From IMG/VR virus record IMGVR_UViG_3300025229_000001: DNA of 64,000 nt; one strand, written 5' to 3'. How positions within the stretch are numbered: position 1 is the first letter of the stretch; the number at the start of each line of letters is the position of its first letter. The translations under genes were made by a program, and so were the position numbers. The notes under the pieces are model-generated. The model was not told the origin of the DNA. It saw only the letters and a program-made list of their open reading frames with translations, and did not search any database. This DNA comes from a virus. Shown here one piece after another: positions 63,749-64,000 of the stretch.

Positions 63749-64000
63749 GCAAATGGACATGCGCTCACGGCTTCGGCCTGAGCGAGCAGTGCAGGGAGTG
63801 TGACTTGGACAATGCGCGCGAGACGATCGCTCGATGGGGTGAGCGCGTCGATAGCGCAAGGAAGGTGGTTGCCGAAGCAGCCGGCCAGAGCGTCATGCTC
63901 AAAGTCGGCGGCAAACCATTCCGCTGTCAGTGCGGATGCAATGTGCTCCACCGCCTGTCAGGCGACCGCGATCTGTATGCATGCAATGCGTGCGAACTTC
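63745..64000 (+). CDS. Cys-rich protein, 3'-truncated by window edge
   Basis: Manual translation MSKWTCAHG...CREC...FRCQCGCNV...YACNAC. Confidence 0.6.
   Translation, partial: MSKWTCAHGFGLSEQCRECDLDNARETIARWGERVDSARKVVAEAAGQSVMLKVGGKPFRCQCGCNVLHRLSGDRDLYACNACEL

Noticed and set aside
63000-64000. Integrase / att site
   Set aside because: No recombinase motifs or host junction visible; lysogeny is inferred from cI/cro/cII only.

Overview
The whole 64 kb reads as one lambdoid-regulated temperate phage or prophage with a contractile tail. No host genes are visible. The host is probably Burkholderiaceae (inferred from the high GC and Bcep781-like head and tail families). Minus strand, right to left: cro, a large endonuclease, cII-like, replication initiator O with six iterons, DnaB, an amino-MTase, nin-type genes, a Q-like gene, then the late operon (structured-RNA leader, terminase, portal, MuF, Nudix-DUF2213 protease/scaffold, capsid, neck, sheath, tube, tape measure with SLT domain, baseplate, three fibre genes, distal lysis cassette). 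Plus strand: cI and the pL early operon (hammerhead ribozyme and structured RNA leader, small genes, SSAP plus YqaJ exonuclease, C5-MTase, Lar), plus three morons inserted antisense in the late operon. No integrase or att site is visible; they probably lie beyond the right edge. Main leads: (1) a type II hammerhead with a complete catalytic core and two C4-like RNAs with covarying loop-loop pairing; (2) an acyl-carrier-protein homologue whose phosphopantetheine Ser is Asp; (3) two tail fibres or spikes with Sec-type signal peptides; (4) an intact Nudix box fused to the prohead protease; (5) a C5-MTase with a nested alternative-frame subunit; (6) a surface-modification moron with a catalytically dead SGNH lipoprotein; (7) an unrecognised five-repeat protein. 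All family names come from motif recognition by eye, with no database search or folding run. Several starts were moved from the ORF track using RBS or ATGA-overlap evidence.
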